This document shows positions 61,660 through 64,000 of a stretch of DNA of 64,000 nucleotides, piece by piece. Positions within the stretch are counted from its first letter, which is position 1, and each line of letters begins with the position of its first letter. Made by a program: the position numbers and the translations under genes. The stretch is from Arenicellales bacterium. Lineage in GTDB: Bacteria > Pseudomonadota > Gammaproteobacteria > Arenicellales > JAJDZL01. The stretch spans positions 1,547,029 to 1,611,028 of the forward strand of contig OZ220493.1 of assembly GCA_965116205.1 (NCBI GenBank), given 5' to 3'. The notes under the pieces were generated by a model that searched no databases, had not been told where the DNA came from, and saw only the letters and a list, made by a program, of their open reading frames with translations.

Positions 61660-62688
61660 GTGATCAAAGCATCCATTGTTGGTGGAGCCGGGTATGCGGG
61701 TGGTGAACTGATTCGCCTGCTACACGCGCATCCCGACGTTCAACTGCACCAGATCGTTTCGCGCAGTCGCGCGGGTCGATTGATTCATTCAACGAATCCC
61801 AATCTGCGCAATCTGGTAACGCAGAAATTCTGTAGCCCGGAACAACTGACTGTCTGTGATGTATTGTTTTTGTGTCTGCCGCACGGTGAAGCCATGAAGT
61901 CCATCGATCAATATCAGGTGCTGGCACCGAAAATTATTGACTTAAGCGCCGACTTTCGGCTAGACAGTGTCGCCGCATATGAGAAAATCTATGGCAGTTC
62001 GCATCCGCGGCCGGAACTGTTGCGACAATTCGTTTACGGTGTTGCCGAATTGCATAAGGACCGCGTGGCCCAAGCGAATTATGTCGCCGGCGCAGGTTGC
62101 AATGCGACGGCGGTGATTCTAGCATTGTTACCTATCATGCGCAACTGGTCGATTGATTCGGTTGTTATCGAAGTTAAAGTGGGTTCAAGTGAAGCCGGCA
62201 GTCAAGCCAATGTCGGCAGTCATCATCCAGTGCGCAGTGGCGCGGTGCGCTCCTACCGTCCAACCGGACACCGGCATGCTGCCGAAATCAGTCAAGCTCT
62301 CAATATCGAGGCGCTTAGCTTTTCCGCAACAGCCATTGAGATGGTGCGCGGTATCGTTGCCACCTGTCACGTATTCTCTAAGCAGACTTTGCCGGATGAA
62401 CGGACATTGTGGCAGGCCTATCGAGCAATTTACCAAGACGAACCATTTGTCAGAATTGTCAAGAGCCAAGCCGGTGTTCACCGCTACCCGGAACCTCGGC
62501 ACTTGGCCGGCAGTAATTTTTGCGATGTGGGATTCGAACGGGATACGGAAAATAACCGTATCGTCGCGATCAGTGCCCTAGATAATCTGATGAAAGGTGC
62601 GGCCGGTCAGGCGGTGCAGAATATGAATATTATGTATGGTTTGAATGAGCGGGCCGGACTCGAATTCGCCGGTCTCTACCCGGTCTGA
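61660..62688 (+). CDS. lysY: [LysW]-aminoadipyl/glutamyl-phosphate reductase (LysY/ArgC family)
   Basis: GGAGYAGGEL.RLL, DLSADFRL, GAGCNATA, GSSEAG...SHHP.RS, GHRH.AE and DNLMKGAAGQAVQ. Confidence 0.9.
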   Translation: MIKASIVGGAGYAGGELIRLLHAHPDVQLHQIVSRSRAGRLIHSTNPNLRNLVTQKFCSPEQLTVCDVLFLCLPHGEAMKSIDQYQVLAPKIIDLSADFRLDSVAAYEKIYGSSHPRPELLRQFVYGVAELHKDRVAQANYVAGAGCNATAVILALLPIMRNWSIDSVVIEVKVGSSEAGSQANVGSHHPVRSGAVRSYRPTGHRHAAEISQALNIEALSFSATAIEMVRGIVATCHVFSKQTLPDERTLWQAYRAIYQDEPFVRIVKSQAGVHRYPEPRHLAGSNFCDVGFERDTENNRIVAISALDNLMKGAAGQAVQNMNIMYGLNERAGLEFAGLYPV

Positions 62689-62720
62689 ATGAGCAGTTGA
62701 CCGGCGGCTGAGTTGAATCC

Positions 62721-63368
62721 ATGTGCCGTCTACTGGTGGTTAGAAGCGTTACTCCGGTCAGTATGGAATATCATCTCAGACAGTTTGCCCAGACTGCTAA
62801 GGACAGTCCCGAAGATCAGAGTCACGGTTGGGGTTGCGCTTGGTTGGTGGCCGGTCAATGGCAGTTCTATCACCATATCCGGCCCATCTGGCAGGATGGC
62901 TTGGCGCGGTTTCCAGCCAGTGCTTATTTTCTTGCGCATGCGCGCAGCGCGTACCGAAATGAAGGCATTGAGGTGCGTAACAACATGCCGTTCGATGATG
63001 GCGAAAGAGTGTTTATATTCAATGGTGAACTGCAGGGAGTGCGCGTGCGGGAGTACGGTCGTATCGGTGCCGAAAAAGTGTTCAATTTCGTTAAACGATT
63101 TGACGCCGGAGATGTGGCGTCGGCCATTCAGCAGGGCGTTCATCATCTGGTGCGCAAAACCCGCTATGTACGCGCGATGAATTTTGTCATCGCCACCCGA
63201 CAGGAAACCTGGCTGAACACGACCTACAACGAGAACGCTGACTATTTCCAGATGCATCAAAAACGCACCGCTAATACCTGTATTGTCAGTTCTGCTCCCT
63301 ATGCCGAAGACAGCGGCTGGATACCGCTTGACAATCATTCCATTCAACGTATTGAGAGTCCGAATTAA
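62721..63368 (+). CDS. Class II (Ntn) glutamine amidotransferase/gamma-glutamyl hydrolase, YafJ/EgtC-like
   Basis: N-terminal nucleophile MCRLL, HGWG, AHARSA, NNMPF and FNGEL. It is a standalone Ntn domain. Confidence 0.85.
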   Translation: MCRLLVVRSVTPVSMEYHLRQFAQTAKDSPEDQSHGWGCAWLVAGQWQFYHHIRPIWQDGLARFPASAYFLAHARSAYRNEGIEVRNNMPFDDGERVFIFNGELQGVRVREYGRIGAEKVFNFVKRFDAGDVASAIQQGVHHLVRKTRYVRAMNFVIATRQETWLNTTYNENADYFQMHQKRTANTCIVSSAPYAEDSGWIPLDNHSIQRIESPN

Positions 63369-64000
63369 TGATAAAAAGAAAGTCGCTGGCGCAAAACCCC
63401 ATCATCGTGAAGATTGGCGGTGGCAAAGATATCAATATGCGAGGAGTTGCCCGCGACCTCGCCCAACTGAAACAGTCGATGGTTGTGGTGTTGGGAGGCA
63501 ATGCGGCGCGCGATCGGTTGGCGGAGAAACTCGGCATGCCTACCCAGACCCTGAAATCCGTGTCTGGTTACGAGAGTGTCTGGTCAGACCGGGATGCCCT
63601 GGAAATGATAATGATGAGCTATGCCGGGGTAGTGAGAAATCGATTCGTTGAAACCTGTCAGCAATTTGGGGTCAACGCGATTGGACTCAGTGGCGTTGAC
63701 GGACGGCTGATTGAGGGGCGCCGCAATCGCGGCATCCGCGTTCGGGAACAGGGAAAAACGATGCTCCGCCGCGATTATTCGGGTAAACCAACTCACGTCG
63801 AAACTAGACTCCTCAGTTTTCTGCTGGATGAAGGTTTGACGCCGGTCATCACCATACCCATTGTGGACGAGAAAGGGGTGGCGGTTAACGCGGATAATGA
63901 TAATATTGTAACCGTACTGCATCAGTGTCTGCGGGCGCGTCGCATCTACCAGTTGATTGAGGCACCGGGGTTGCTAGCCGACCACCGTGACCCCAACAGT
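63368..64000 (+). CDS. lysZ: [LysW]-aminoadipate/glutamate kinase LysZ (3'-truncated by window edge)
   Basis: Not in the ORF track. The ATG at 63368 (TAATG overlap) reads MIKRKSLAQNPIIVKIGGG...SVSGYES...GVNAIGLSGVDG.L..G.R...DYSGK...AVNADND and is open to the window end. Confidence 0.9.
   Translation, partial: MIKRKSLAQNPIIVKIGGGKDINMRGVARDLAQLKQSMVVVLGGNAARDRLAEKLGMPTQTLKSVSGYESVWSDRDALEMIMMSYAGVVRNRFVETCQQFGVNAIGLSGVDGRLIEGRRNRGIRVREQGKTMLRRDYSGKPTHVETRLLSFLLDEGLTPVITIPIVDEKGVAVNADNDNIVTVLHQCLRARRIYQLIEAPGLLADHRDPNS

Noticed and set aside
60838..63347. Long antisense ORFs 60838-61401 and 62730-63347
   Set aside because: They are shadows of lysX and the amidotransferase on the opposite strand, with no protein-like motifs.

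Overview
This is a bacterial chromosomal window with a gammaproteobacterial-type backbone: degP-like gene plus two-component system, folKP, argH-lptM-lysA, hemCDXY, mutM and yfhL. It also carries a methylated-amine/betaine catabolic cluster. Several visibly AT-richer inserts interrupt the backbone and look like defence loci: a DUF262-HNH nuclease, PsyrTA/RqlHI (RecQ-PRTase plus DprA-like), an SDH/ClpP-fold protease, an RsrI/EcoRI-like RM pair, a frameshifted phage-type helicase, a 2494-aa double-sacsin ATPase paired with an SNF2 helicase, an ABC-ATPase with a small nuclease-like partner, an alphaCTD/sigma4-like protein and a Panacea TA pair. Three items stand out. (1) A Thermus-type lysW-lysX-lysY-[class II glutamine amidotransferase]-lysZ operon lies in a genome that also has lysA. 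Its carrier protein ends in EDWGQ rather than the EDWGE whose Glu carries the substrate, which suggests a deamidation-activated carrier or an alternative release enzyme. (2) The sacsin-SNF2 pair matches no system I can name. (3) A non-canonical 95-nt tRNA-like gene with a long variable arm and an ambiguous UGC/GCA anticodon sits at the edge of the largest island. No CRISPR array, rRNA, integrase or transposase was seen. All family assignments come from motif recognition by eye, not from database searches.
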